Part shown: positions 26,906 through 39,957 of the stretch, in pieces
Layout: every line of letters starts with the position of its first letter
How positions within the stretch are numbered: position 1 is the stretch's first letter
DNA from: the human T2T-CHM13v2.0 reference genome, Homo sapiens
DNA length: 64,000 nucleotides
Assembly (NCBI RefSeq): GCF_009914755.1
Contig: NC_060929.1
Strand: one strand, 5' to 3'
Made by a program: the position numbers and the translations under genes
The notes under the pieces: generated by a model
The model's input: the letters and a program-made list of their open reading frames with translations, nothing else
The model's database searches: none
Told to the model about the DNA's origin: nothing

Positions 26906-28274
26906 ATAACAGGGAAATGAAAGTAGCAATAAAATCATTGACAGGTTGATCTATAAATTCCAGGGGATGTTGTTGCAGAATTTTAAAATTCAAATCCTAT
27001 ACAAACTAAATAAAACGATAGATATGTATCTAGTATTTTTTTGCATATATAAAGATTATTCTCTGCCTTTAATTTAGCTGATTGATACTCAGACTTGAAT
27101 ATATATGTTTATTTTCTTCAAATGATCAGATCCTTAAATGTTGCTGTTTCAGAATAAAGGGTATGTAAGGACCTTGCAGCTTTGTGTTACCTGAATCTAA
27201 GATAAATTTCTGAAGTCACTTCCCAGTATGTCCTACCTTTTAGTTTCTGATGCTTGAGAATCTAATGCTGAGAAATTTGAAGGATGAGAAAGCTTCAATT
27301 CTGCAAATGGCTTCTGTTGATAATTAGAGTAAATTAATATGCATGCTTATTTTATGGATTACTAATAATATATGAGAAATGTCTAGCAAATATGTCTGAA
27401 ACATAGAAGACATTTCATTTGTGAAAGCCATTTTAGTAACTGAAAATTTAATCTTTCTTAGGGTATTTTAAGACTTTTAATTTATTAAATTCAGTTGCCA
27501 TATACTTTATGCATTATTTTCTAATAATTAAGGGGTAGTTGAAATTTGTATTTTTTTCAGTAAGTTTGAATGGGACTGGTAAATATAAAGAAGACATCAG
27601 AATAAAGTAAAATTTGCATTCATTCACGTGTTATTTTCCCAGTTCACTAATATTATACACCATTAAATAAAATCAAGTGGATACAGGGCATATTAAACAG
27701 GAAAATGCAGCAAGCATCAGTAGAAAACAGTAATGTGCACATCTATTTGTCTTCCATTCCTTCTATTATGCCCATGTTAGCCTTGAGCTTTATCTTGGAA
27801 GTGTTTATTGCATGAGGCTACGTAATCTTTGTGCACTTTGTGTTTTGGTTCCTCATAATTCAGCGATGTCAAGGAGTTTCACCTGTTCTTTAAAGGAACG
27901 TCATTTATATAATATAATATTTATTTATTTATTAAGAAATTAACAGATATTTAGAAAATATTTTAATTAATTTTATTAGAGTTGTTTTGGTTAGTGCTCT
28001 GGTTACAAATTTGTATTTACTCTTCTGTGGTCTGCCTCTAGACTGAATCTCCCCCTAAACTTTCTTTTTAGAGTACATTCTGCAGAATGAAATATTTACA
28101 GAAGCATATACATTGCATTCTAGCAGAAAAAATTCTATTTACTTTTCTATTATATATTGGATAAGATTATTATCCATTAGAGAATGCATTATAACTTTAT
28201 GATAAGCAAATAAGAATGAAAACTTGAACAATTAACATTTACATGCAAAATTATAATTTGGCAATTAATATATT

Positions 28275-28484
28275 TGACTTAATAAACATTTTTCAGATTC
28301 TGATTCATGTCAGACTCTATTAAGTGCTAAGATTAAATTTTCAAAAATAATGAGTAGCTTTACTTCCTGCCTTTGTGAAATTTATATTCTAGCTGGGGAG
28401 ACAATAGATAGAGACAAGAAGTAGCAAAACAGTATAATAATGAGATTTTAAGAATGACACAATATATGCTATGGGGCATAAGAG
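28275..28484 (-). mobile_element. L2 3' end, left half of the provirus host
   Basis: aataaacattt...cctgcctttgtgaaatttatattctagctggggagaca...tgctatgggg. Confidence 0.65.
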
Positions 28485-29015
28485 TGTGATGTTATGATTT
28501 CTGAATTTAAAATAATTTTTTAAAATTCATACTGGTTAGTTTCCTTAGGGAAGACATTTGTTAAATGATATTAAGTCGCTTGCAGATTTTCCAGGAAATT
28601 TAAATGAACCAAGTTTGGCAGCTGCACTGCCATGAATGTTGCCTAAATTGCATCTCAGGGCTTTTACAGTGGAGGGTCTTCAGTGACCTTTCTGAGTACT
28701 GATGTCATAGATCACATCACTTACAGTGGGCACTGAATATGACACTACTGCTACTATCTATCTTCATCAGAATATAATCAGTAATAAACATTTCTATATG
28801 ATGCCACTTTCTGAATCGAAGTTCTATGAACATGTACCTAATTGAAGCATTTTATATCATATGCCTGAGCCATAGCTATGTGCTACCTAAAAAAAGAGGT
28901 TCTGCTTTCTACTTTTGAGAATCATATGATCTCATAAGTTGAAAACTTTCCTCTAAGAGAGAAAAATTGCATATAAATGTTGGCCAGCCAACTATTCTGA
29001 AAGCAGTCCAGTACT
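28485..29015 (-). mobile_element. LTR33-like ERVL LTR (3' LTR of the outer provirus)
   Basis: Collinear resemblance to recalled LTR33; directly followed by gtccccctct, a minus-strand polypurine tract (agagggggac). Confidence 0.65.
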
Positions 29016-32000
29016 GTCCCCCTCTTAGATTGCCAACAGAACTCACCTAAACCGACACAAAGCAGTAACAATGACAATGAAGCCATAAAAACAACAAAGA
29101 TAAAGTTCTCTTAATGGACTAAGCATTGTGTAATTCTGAAAAAACAGAAACGTATATGTAAAATCAAGTCAAGGAACTAATATCTTCAATAAACATCTCA
29201 GCATCCTTGTCTCATGGTGTAATACACTATTTTTCACCTTTGTATTGTCTTACTGACCTCCATGATGTCACTTTAGATCTTGTTTAATTTCTACTTTCGG
29301 TGGATACAAGAGTGAATGAAGTATCCTGGAAATTCTAGGTTTCACGTAAAGCCTACAGAACACACAATCATGACAATCATTATCATACATCTATCTAGTT
29401 AGCTTCATTAGGAAAAGCATTTGTTATATGATATTAAGTCACTTGCAGATTTTCCAGGAAATCCAAAAGAACCAAGTTGGCTGCTGCACAGCCACGAATG
29501 TTGCCTAAGTAACATGTTAGAGTGGAAAGCCCGTAGTGACTGAGGATAGACAGAGAGGGATTTATTTGTTCAGTGACCTAAGATGTTCAAATGTGAATCT
29601 GAACCTATTTGATGAAATGATTTGGTGTTCTCTTGGTGGAATTACTTCTTCTGAGGAAACTAAAACTTCAAATCTAGTAGAGACTAGAATGATAAAAATA
29701 TAAGGTAAAAATTATATTTCATTAGATATAATATTTCAGGACACCATCCATATACTCTGATTATCAGAGAAACAGTAACATATTACTTCTTGATTTAGAA
29801 CATGTGCCATATCATGTGGGATCTAACCTTAAATTTATAAGGTATCTAGTTCTTCCTGTTATGTAAACTGAGCTTCTGGTAGATGATATGGTATTTGCTA
29901 ATATCAGCAAATCACAAGGAAATTACTTTTTTCCATACTTCTCTACCACAAAATAAATATTTTAGACAAAATCAATGGTATGCATGAAATGTGTAGTAAG
30001 TATATTTTGCTAAATTAATAAATGAGATTATAGACAGATGTGTGGTGAACAGAAAACACAAAATCGAATTGTAATACAATATAATTGGTGTTTGCTTTAC
30101 CTACGATAAATGACAAGATGCAATTGAATCAACTGACCTCTATTAGCTATTGGTACACTGGATATGTGATACCATGGTAGTTTTCCTTGGGAGTCAGCAA
30201 TATTGGAAACTCAGCAAGTCTAACCAGATTGGTATTACCGAAATAAAAATACTGTTGCTGAGTCCATGCCAACAAGGAAAATATCTATACATTTATTTCA
30301 AAAGCATTAGAGATAGGGAAAAAGAGTGCCTGACAGTAACAGCAAATTTTAGTGTCAACCTAAGTTTGAAAGACTTTATGTACAATAAGAAGCCTTGGTT
30401 CAACATTCACATTTGGTCAGTTATTATCAAATTTGATTTACCTTTGCCTTTTTTTCTGAAAAATGTCCTTCTAACTAATTCTCTAATAGCTTTTGTTAAA
30501 AATCTGAAACTGCTTACCAGACAGATTTTCCTATTAACTGGTGAATCTTAACCTCAGCTTATCTTTTCTTCCAGATAATGAGGACAGATAACTACATTTA
30601 TCAATAAAAAATACAATTTCTCTCCCCTACTGTCTTCACTCCCCAGACACCAGCATAATTATTATGTCTAACAGATCTCTTCTGCCTATGTTAACAAACT
30701 GTGCAAAATCATCTTGTACTTATAACCAGATTTCTTTTTCAAAGTTTCTTTTCAGTTAAACAACCGTAGAGGTATGTCAAGGGAACTAAACAGGTGAGCT
30801 TTGGGAGCGGGGACATGCTGGGAGGAGTAAGTATATAAAAATTGTGAGCTACATGTTTATTTAACTTAATATTACCTTAGGGGACTGACTTTGCTTCATA
30901 TTCATTACTTCAATTTAGCAATTAAATACTGCTAGTAATGCATTATTTTATAGCCTAATGAATAAGATAATACCAGGTTCATGAAAGGCAACTCCATTCA
31001 AATGGTTACCTTGTGTTCTATGTTGGTCATGCAGTTCATTCTGTGACTTAGTAATAAACTAAGATCCATTTCTCAAAAATAGTACAGCCACGTTCAGGGT
31101 CCTCCTCTATGAATTTTTAATTTGCTTATTTAGAATTTTCCATTATCAAAAGAGTTGATGAGAACAATTGGTATCAAGTGCCTATATGTCAAACAAAGAA
31201 GCGAAACCACTGGTAATTTCTAGAGAGTATACACAAATTAGTTCTATAAATCCTAGCTATGCATTACCTCTGGGAAATATGTTATAAAGTGAATAAGATT
31301 GGTGAGAAGAATTATATTTGGAGTGCTGTCCACTTTCCCTCCCTTCTATGTTCAGTGAGTAAATGTGGAACATCAACAGGGTGAATGCTGTAGCTACTTT
31401 AATCACACAGTTAGGAAATGGGAAATTAATCTTGACATAATCTTTGGTTTCCAATTGTCCCAACTTGTCACCTATTTAAGTTGAAAACTCTACTTTTAAC
31501 TTGAACTCCATAAATCTACACCCTAAGCATTCAACTACTATGGTGTTTTGTGCTCCAGAAGTTTAGATTTAACTAATGGTCTTTCTGCAGTAATCTCCAT
31601 TGTCTCTGGATATCTTCTTTCCTCAATGAATTGTTATTTTCAGGAATATCCTGAATGCATGTCATCTATTAAGAAGTTTGTGCTTAACTTTCATGTTTTG
31701 GGAAGATATTTCCTCAAAGATTCCCAGTGTATTCTTCGTTCAAGTGACTCTGAGTCTGATAATTGAATTGGGTCCAGAAAATGAGTGAGAGTTTTTGTAA
31801 TTATCAGGGAAACTCAAAGCTGTTCCAGAGTTGTTTTCCTTGTTAAATAGACCAAGTGCTATTTTTGTATGTTGCTCACCTATTTCCAAACTAGGAACCT
31901 AATAGTATACTATTCACTAACAAAGATCCCAGCAGTGGTCAACCAAAATATCCCATGCTTACCTTGCCTCTGAAGGTTAACTGCTGTCAGTTGGCCTCAG

Positions 32001-32379
32001 CAACTCAAAAATCCCATATCCCTACTTAAATCAGAAAGCCTGTTTCAACTGCCACATATTTTCCCTGAAGAGAACAAACACGGTGGCACATTTCAATGAT
32101 GCTGTCACTCTGCTCACCAATAAACTTGTCAATCTTAAGGTTAAAATAGCACCTCCTGTATCTAGTTAAGGGATATATTTAAGGATTAGGTTGCATTACT
32201 ATTCTTTAAAACTTTAGATTCTTTCTTCTCTTCTCAGCAAGCAATTTCTGTCCTTCAAGTTCATTTGCAGGAGGCCACAGTTAAGTAGAGATTTTAGTTA
32301 GTCAACCAAGCAAACAATTTGAACATCTGTCTACCTATTGAATTACCAGGTTTTAATCATAATCTCTGGAAAGTACACT
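29016..32379 (-). mobile_element. Outer ERV-L internal region: decayed 3' gag and pol (RT, connection, IN, dUTPase-like tail)
   Basis: Minus-strand peptides DYVKIN (cf. DYRKLN) ~31430, KVTI*MELPFMNLVL (cf. QVTMRPELPIMNWVL) ~31000, AWTQQQ ~30260, FEVLVSSEEVIPP ~29650, VLSRD at 32379; many stops and frameshifts. Confidence 0.75.
29395..29540 (-). repeat. Local direct duplicate of LTR segment 28532-28687
   Basis: 100 of 115 identical over the core by hand alignment. Confidence 0.9.
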
Positions 32380-32535
32380 TGTCTTAGGTCAGATGCCCTA
32401 GAAGCAGAGCCTGAGATGGAGACTTATGTCTATTTGATTTATTAAAGGAGTGTTCTTAGGAGAAATTGATTAGGGAATGAGGTAAGGAACTGGAGAAAGA
32501 GGAAGAAGCTATAAAAATGTAGCTTTGAGTAAAAT
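32380..32535 (-). mobile_element. LTR16-like 3' LTR remnant of the inner provirus
   Basis: tgtcttaggtcag...ccctagaagcagagcctgagatgg...gatttattaaaggagtg; fused by deletion to integrase sequence. Confidence 0.75.
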
Positions 32536-34825
32536 TTGGAATGATGTAATCAACTTGCAACAAGTGCCTTGTAGGTCTCTGCAAGTGTGTAGGTTATGGT
32601 GGGAGTCAGTTTCTTTATATTCTGCCGACAGTTTGGACATTTAGAAACAGCAGTTGGTGACAAGAAGCCCATGTGGGTGGGTATTGGCGTAGACTTGACC
32701 TCTGCCACCTGCCAACTTTAGTCAATGAGTTCACCATTGCACAAGCTGTGAGGTCACTGAGGAACAAGATTTATAAACCTTGAGGTTAATGTGTCTTGAC
32801 AAAATAATTCTGTCCATTTGTTTTATTAGAAACTATTCTGCAGTGAATGCTTCCTGATACATGTTACTGTGCAGTAAAAAGACACCTACAATTTGTATAT
32901 TGTTCCACAGACCTGTCTATGTATTTATTCCTCAAACATCTGTTTCCATGACTGTTAAATTTTGCTTCTTCAAGACACCAGACCAACCATTTGTAAATGC
33001 ACAAATGTCAAGCTGTTTGTAAATGCACATACATCCATGTATGTCTTTAAACTAGGCCACTTTATCTCCAAATCAACTAGATAGCCAGTTGCAGTGCCAA
33101 AAGCTCTGTTCATTGGAGAGCAATCTATGCCTAGTGGCTTTTAAGTTCGTGTCTAAACATGTCTTTAGACCATTTCAATCTGCACTAACATACCAAGCCA
33201 ATTCATCCCTGAATCAAGTCTAGTACATTATTCAACTCTCAGCTCACATAAGTAATATTTTCATTGTATTACTTATAATATTTTATAAATATGTCTATGA
33301 ATATATATACAGCAGTGATGCTGGTACAACAGAGGGGATTGACATGAACATATGAACTACGTGTGTATGCAGTTTAGTTTACATATGACCAATACCAGAT
33401 GTATGATCTTCATCTTACGATGGATGCTGCTATGTCTACTCAATAACCCAATTATGTAGTGAATTTGAAAGCAAACAGCTCATGATGGGCAGCTTGGGTG
33501 GCCAGGTCATTTGCAACTGATGGACAGGTACTCATTTATTACCAAGTCCCACTAACATGATAAGGGCTGCTTTTGAATGGTGTACAGTTTTCTGTTACAA
33601 ATGGGAACAGAATCCTATAGCTTTGCATTAAAACTCTTCTTTTGAGCCTTGCTGGAGACTCCACATGAAATGTTCTTTCTCTCATAGATATTTCTAGTAT
33701 TACTATGGTATACAATAGATCCTATGGACAAAGTGTCATTCTTCTTGTACTTGCCTTGAACCTGACTCAAAATGAGCAGACAGTCATATTACTCGATAAA
33801 AGGATCTAAGAGTACTCACAAGTGTAAATTATTCTGCCTCTAAACTGTGGGCACTGGCCACATATTGTGGTCATTTTTTAGTGGTAACATTGAATAGCTA
33901 GTACATTTTGAGAGAAGCTGTCCTGATATGCCCAGGAATACTGGACTGCTAAAATATTCACCAATATGGCAAACCTTTGAAACTTTGTGAGGGTTATCTA
34001 TAATCTTCCAGAGTGCCTGTGTCTCACAAAAGTATGCAGAGGCTGGAGGTCTGATTAACTCACTGGAATCAATATAGTAGAGCAATGGTAAAAGTCTGCT
34101 CAATGTTCAGATTTCATGTTTTTGGTGGCTATATTGTGACAGAGAGATAGAGAAATAGCATAGCCTTGGGGCAACATGCAAATACATACTGCCATTCCAA
34201 TCAAGTGATTGCAAACTCTTTTCTGCCCTCTCTTGAAGGAGAAGGGAAGAATGTCAGACCAAAAGCTGTGTACCATCTACCAAATGCTGTAGTAGTATCT
34301 TTCAGTAAGAAATGTCACATCTGGTACAACAGCTGAAATTGGAGCTGCTGTGTTCTTAAGTTTGCGGTCATCCACTGTCACCTTCAATGTTGCATCTACG
34401 TTTTTCAGGAGCCAGATAGGTGTACAAGGAGGACCACCAACCCTGAAGTCCTTGACTGTCAATTTTTCCTACCATTTCACCTGAGATTTGCCATCATTTC
34501 TTATTTACTCTGTCAACTCAGTCCCACAGGAGATAGCACCTGTTGACCATATCTTGTCACCTTGAACAACAGAATGTGCTCTGGGTTTCCTAAGGAACAT
34601 TTTCATCTGGTAAGTTTGCAAGTCTCACATAGTAGGTAATTTCTAGCATTCTCAATTCTCTGAGCCTTATATTCCTTCTTCCGTCTTCCACTGTCACACA
34701 CCTTACAGCTGTACTTTATTTAAGGTGGATTATGTTATTTGTGAAACTTCCAACTCCTACCCCCGCACTCTATCTGCACTGTTTCCTAAGGACTTTGCTG
34801 GACATCAAATGTATCCAATGTCATA

Positions 34826-34980
34826 TCTCTCTTTCCCTTCCTTCCTTCCTTCCTTCCTTCCTTCCTTCCTTCCTTCCTTCCTTCCTCCCTCCCTCTCTCT
34901 TTCTTTTTCTTTCTCTTTCTTTCTTTCTCTTTTCTCTTTCTTTCTTCTTTCTTTCTTTTTTGTTTCTTCTTTCTTTCTTT
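34826..34980. repeat. (TTCC)n/(TTTC)n polypyrimidine microsatellite, probably from the L1 tail
   Basis: Seen directly; abuts an antisense L1 3' end. Confidence 0.92.
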
Positions 34981-35089
34981 CGATTTAGAGGGTACAAGTG
35001 CTGTTTCATTACATGAATATAGTGTATAGTACTGACGTCTGGACTTTTAGCGTAACCATCATCCAAATAGTGTACATTGCACCCATTAA
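34981..35089 (-). mobile_element. Very short L1PB4/L1MA-type 3' end
   Basis: gagggtacaagtgc...ttacatgaatata...gtctggacttttagcgtaaccatca...tagtgtacattgcacccatta. Confidence 0.8.
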
Positions 35090-35395
35090 GAGCTACTTAA
35101 CCTGACAAACTGATACTGGCAGAAATGAAGAGAACATGCCTAGGAGTGGCTCCTGAGGAAGTCTGACTATGGAGGAAGGAGTATAAAGCTGGATGAGGTG
35201 AACTTGCTCGAAATGGAACAGTCTCTAGAAGGGAGTGCTACATTTTGAGAAAGTTTACCTTGAGTGCTCCACTTTGAGAAAGTTCATCTTTTCCAGCTTT
35301 ATATTCCTCTCCTTTTAGTCCGGATTCCTCGAGATCCGCTACTAGGCACATTTTTTTTGTTTTTGCCAGTATATGTTAGTCAGGCTCAGCAGCTC
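35090..35395. repeat. Long inverted repeat (fold-back) of ERV-L gag with an internal 29-bp tandem duplication
   Basis: 35090-35223 vs reverse complement of 35262-35395 aligns without gaps, 98 of 134 identical. Confidence 0.92.
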
Positions 35396-36194
35396 CTTCT
35401 GTATACATAATTTCATTCTACTCGTGACAGGCTCAGCTTCTCCCTAGTTAGATCTCTGGGAATTAAACTTGGCTGTTACTATAATTGGCAGGAGGAGAGA
35501 GGGTGCTGTCATATGAGTCATTTGCATCATTTAAAGCCACCATGTAGTCTTCAAGCATGGGAGAAGGATACTGTCTTTTAATAAGAGGACAGAGTCATTT
35601 TTGCAAGTCCAGAGGCTTCAGAGTTCAAAGTTTTCCAGTGCACCTGCACCTACCCAGATCTCCCAATCTAGAGTCAAGGTACCACATCTTTCCTATAAGG
35701 ACCCTGATGTTGGCATAGAAGGTTCATCTTTACTGAGCGTTTAGACTTCCCTGCTCCTGTGCTCCTGAGCTTGATATTCTGCCTTTGAGTGCCGCATTGA
35801 GGGTCACTTTAAACACTGCCAATGAGGACCTCTGACTTTAACACTTTGCTTTAAATTGATGATTAATTGAATGGAGCCTGTCCTTCTTTTCTCTCTAATG
35901 TATTAATGGTGATTTGCAACAATCATGTGATTCCGCAGTCTATAGTTATCATCTCCACTGTATCTGTTCAATACCAGAATTTTTCATAAGCCACTGTAGC
36001 CTTTGTGCCTGTATCCCCTCTCTGGTCACCACAGCTGAAAACCTTAGCAATTGTACTGCAACTGCATGCTTGAAATTATCAATACTCCTCCTTCCATGAG
36101 TAATGATATCCCAGTTGTCAGCCAACTGGAAGATGCTCCAGTTCTGGAATCTCATCGTGAGTGTCTCTTTCCTAGGACCTCTCCTAATAATGAC

Positions 36195-36912
<718 letters not shown>

Positions 36913-37019
36913 GCACTAAAATCAATACATAGTCTGATATAAAATTATATTTTCCTTCCTAGTTAAGCTTATTTAAAATCCATAAACTTTACACAGGAAT
37001 TACTTTTATATCTCAATAA

Positions 37020-37100
37020 ATGTATATATTTTATGTGTACATATGCTATTAAAATATATGTATATATGTATATATATATCAGTATATGTATATATATACA
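37020..37100. repeat. (TA)n-rich microsatellite
   Basis: Seen directly. Confidence 0.8.
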
Positions 37101-37633
37101 GATAGATCATTGATAAGTGATAAGTGATTGGTGATCAATGCACAAGATGATAGAGAAATAGACATAGGCAAATAAGAAAATTTTGTAATTATTCAATTAA
37201 CTAATAAGCTGTCTTTCCTTGGGTTTTACTTTGTAATTTGTTCGCTGAGGGTAAGTTTGGGCCTTACTGTTATAGAGCTAGAGAAAATGACACATTGGGG
37301 GGTGGCAAAACAAAAAGATTAGGATTCTCTTTGTAAATTAGCTGCCTCAGGTTAGATGGGTTCAGCAGGTTAAAGCAATGCAGAAATGGCTCTATCAAAA
37401 GTTAAAAGGATCAACACACAAAACTGCTTTGGCTGGCAAATATATTCAGAGGACTCTGAGGGTCTGAGTCCTTTAAATCTTTTGTGACCCCTTTAGAATG
37501 TTCAAGTCTCATTTTTACTGATAAGTGAAGTAAGTCTTACGTAGGAAACTGGATATATTGCAGTCTCTTCATTTCTATGATGAAGGATATCTTGGTTCCT
37601 CCTGGTTTCTAGTGATTATGAATAAAGAGGCCT

Positions 37634-37845
37634 TCAACATCCTGCAGGATGGTCCTTGGATGGCCTTTGCTGACCCAGATTATTCTCCTTCTTCTTGCCC
37701 ATAGTTCCCAGAATAACTGCAGAAGGCAACATCCTGAGATAGAAAAGAATGGCCCAAAATAGTCCAGGCTTTGGTCTTGTCCCTCTTAGGAATGTAACAC
37801 ATTGAGATAGAGAAGAACTGCCCAGGCATTGTTCATGTCCTGCCT
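37634..37845 (+). mobile_element. MER76/LTR47-like LTR 5' fragment
   Basis: Clear reverse-complement homology to 5970-6210 (caggatggtccttggatggcctttgctgacccagat). Confidence 0.75.
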
Positions 37846-38340
37846 GACTGTGAATTAAATTGATCTAAATTGGCACCCAAAAAGAGCAAACTCTTCATGT
37901 GAATTTTGGCTGTATGAGCACCGTATCCCAAAAAGTTACGATTCTTTTAGCAGAGAGATAGTTCCTTTGCCTTTGAGTGTGTTTTGAGCTGAAAATTCTC
38001 AACTTATTTTCCACTCTCTTTTCTTCACTTCTCTGGCACCGTTAGAAATAGCCAACCTAACTCTTCAGTTTCTGTATTCTTTGTGCCCCTGATAATATTA
38101 CTTATGAGTTGCTATCTAGTTCTCAAAGCCTTGCGTTTATTTTGCACATCTTTCTAAATAACATATGTGATAATTTAACTGCTTACTTCTGTAGGAGATG
38201 GCTCCATCTTATTCCTTTCTGTAATAAAAGCATGCTTTTCATTATTTTCACACCGAAAGAGATCTAACAACCATTTCTCTAGTTCTCCATTCTCTTTTTT
38301 ACTTTGAGCATCTTCTACCTAAAATGCTCTTGGTACTAAA

Positions 38341-38446
38341 CTAGTAGTCACTGTTCCTTAGTGCAAACACTGGAAATAATCCTATAAAAATTGTGCAAAA
38401 ATTATTTTTAAAGTGTTTATATTCACTAAATTTCTGGAAAGTCTTG

Positions 38447-38491
<45 letters not shown>

Positions 38492-38866
38492 TATATAAAT
38501 CCAAAATTATACCATGGACTGTTCTGCTGGTGAAACATTTCTGCTGTTAGGGAGCATGAATATGAAAACTCCATTACAAATACTAGACTCTTAGATTCTT
38601 ATATTGCTGTTAATGCTGAATCTGAAAGCTGAATATCTCTTCTGCTGACCTATCAGGGTGAAATCTCTAGGTGGCCTAATTTTTCAGTTCTACTAGCATC
38701 TAGATTAGGTAGATCTGATTGTCACGGTCATAAGGGAGGCTAAAAAATATAAAGTTTTAGTCCTAGTCTTGCAAAATTATGCATTCAAGATTTAGAAATT
38801 TCCCAAATATTTGGAAGGTGTTCAAAAATGCTCATTGGGCAGAGAGCATGCTAAATTGCATGAAAA
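38341..38866 (-). mobile_element. LTR33-like ERVL LTR (5' LTR of the outer provirus), with (CA)n at 38449-38488
   Basis: tagtcactgttccttagtgcaaaca start, tctgattg, aagggaggct, aatttcccaaatatttggaaggtgttca; follows the PBS-like junction. Confidence 0.6.
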
Positions 38867-38869
38867 ATC

Positions 38870-39140
38870 TAGCGAACTTTTGGAAGAACCTGTATGTTCC
38901 TTAAGTGGCATATGAGGCAGTATTTATAAGGCAAAAGAAATAGTTATATAAGAGACAAAATGAAAGTAAGTCAGAATAGCAGGAACACAGATGTATAAGG
39001 CTATAGCTATGGCAAGGGAAAATTAGGGAGGGTACCAAGGACAAGCAATAAGGCTGGTTAAGCAAGCAGCAACTTAGGTGATGCAAGACTTCATGAGCAT
39101 CATTAAGGCAATAAACACTGAGCAATGGAAAATATCAAGA
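38870..39140 (-). mobile_element. L2 continuation, right half of the provirus host
   Basis: Purine-rich decayed match (ggaacacagatgtataagg...ggctgg) continuing from 28484. Confidence 0.45.
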
Positions 39141-39144
39141 ACTA

Positions 39145-39630
39145 TGAGGTGTCTAAGATTTTTCTTTACCTGCAAACTGTCAAGTTTCATGAATTCCAGT
39201 TCTGTGGAAAAACACAAGATTTTCCTGACAGACATAAAGGATAGTTTAATATTCATAGCCATGACAATAAACAGTTATCTTGTTGGTCTGCTAAGACCAA
39301 ATACCCACAGGACCATGTGAAAAGTAACAGATGACACCTGCCCCTGTAGTGTGTTAAACGACAGAGGAGAAACGCTGAGTTTAGTGGACCAACATGTTTT
39401 ATCTTGGATACTAAGCTTATTTGCTTTTCCTCTGTAGCAAGACATTTCATTATTTTACCAGAAATAAGCATGTCTTCCCTTTGTTCCAAAAGGAGACATT
39501 ATCTCTACATGCCAAGATTGTTCACTATAAAAATATTTTTGAAAAGATAGTGCGAAACCAAAGCCAGTCAGTTTGTCTACTTGAATGGTATGTAGACACG
39601 TGAGGGAGCCGGGGAGAACCATTAAATAAT
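39145..39630 (-). mobile_element. ERVL solo LTR of the MER74/MER54/LTR53 group
   Basis: tgaggtgtctaagatttt start; ggagacattatctcta...ttgaaaagatagt...ggagaa end. Confidence 0.7.
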
Positions 39631-39721
39631 CCCAGTGTGAAGATACTTGATCTATAACTCCTCTTCTTCTCCTTCTTCATCCTTTTCTAAATATTCTGTG
39701 GAAAATAAAGAATGATGTAAG

Positions 39722-39957
39722 GGTTTGAGACCAGCCTGGCCAACATGGTGAAACTGTCTCTACTAAAAATACAAAAATTAGCTGAGCATGGTGGCGGGTG
39801 CCTGTAATCTCAGCTAGTCAGAAGGCTGAGGCAGGACAATTGCTTGAGCCCAGGAGACAGAGGTTACAGTGAGTGGAGACTGCGCCACTGTACTCCAGCC
39901 TGGGTGACAGAGTGAGACTCCATCTCACAATAAATAAATAAATATAAAATAAAATAA
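39722..39957 (+). mobile_element. 5'-truncated AluS
   Basis: Begins mid left arm; TSD aaagaatgatgtaag / aaagaatgatgcaag. Confidence 0.92.

Larger units (their letters stand above)
32536..36194 (-). mobile_element. Inner ERV-L internal region (ERV3-16A3/HERV16-like), decayed gag and pol
   Basis: Gag N-term MRFQNW...HAVAVQLLRFS (36155); RT PIWLLKNVDATLKVTVDDRKL...AVVPDV (34277-34462); YYIDS at the YIDD site (~34080); IN HGL..CPNC and LQVDYI (32543-32680). Confidence 0.82.
36913..38340 (-). mobile_element. Outer ERV-L internal region, 5' gag part
   Basis: GR-NIILYQ..IDF relic next to the inner LTR; GWLFLT ~38045; tcttggtactaaa PBS-like junction at 38328-38340. Confidence 0.65.

Noticed and set aside
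30150-30551. 133-aa plus-strand ORF
   Set aside because: Antisense to decayed ERV-L pol, non-ATG start, no recognisable domain.
33840-36155. Gag- and RT-like ORFs as a domesticated retroviral gene
   Set aside because: Only 61-87 aa open stretches, many stops and frameshifts, and the catalytic YIDD reads YIDS.
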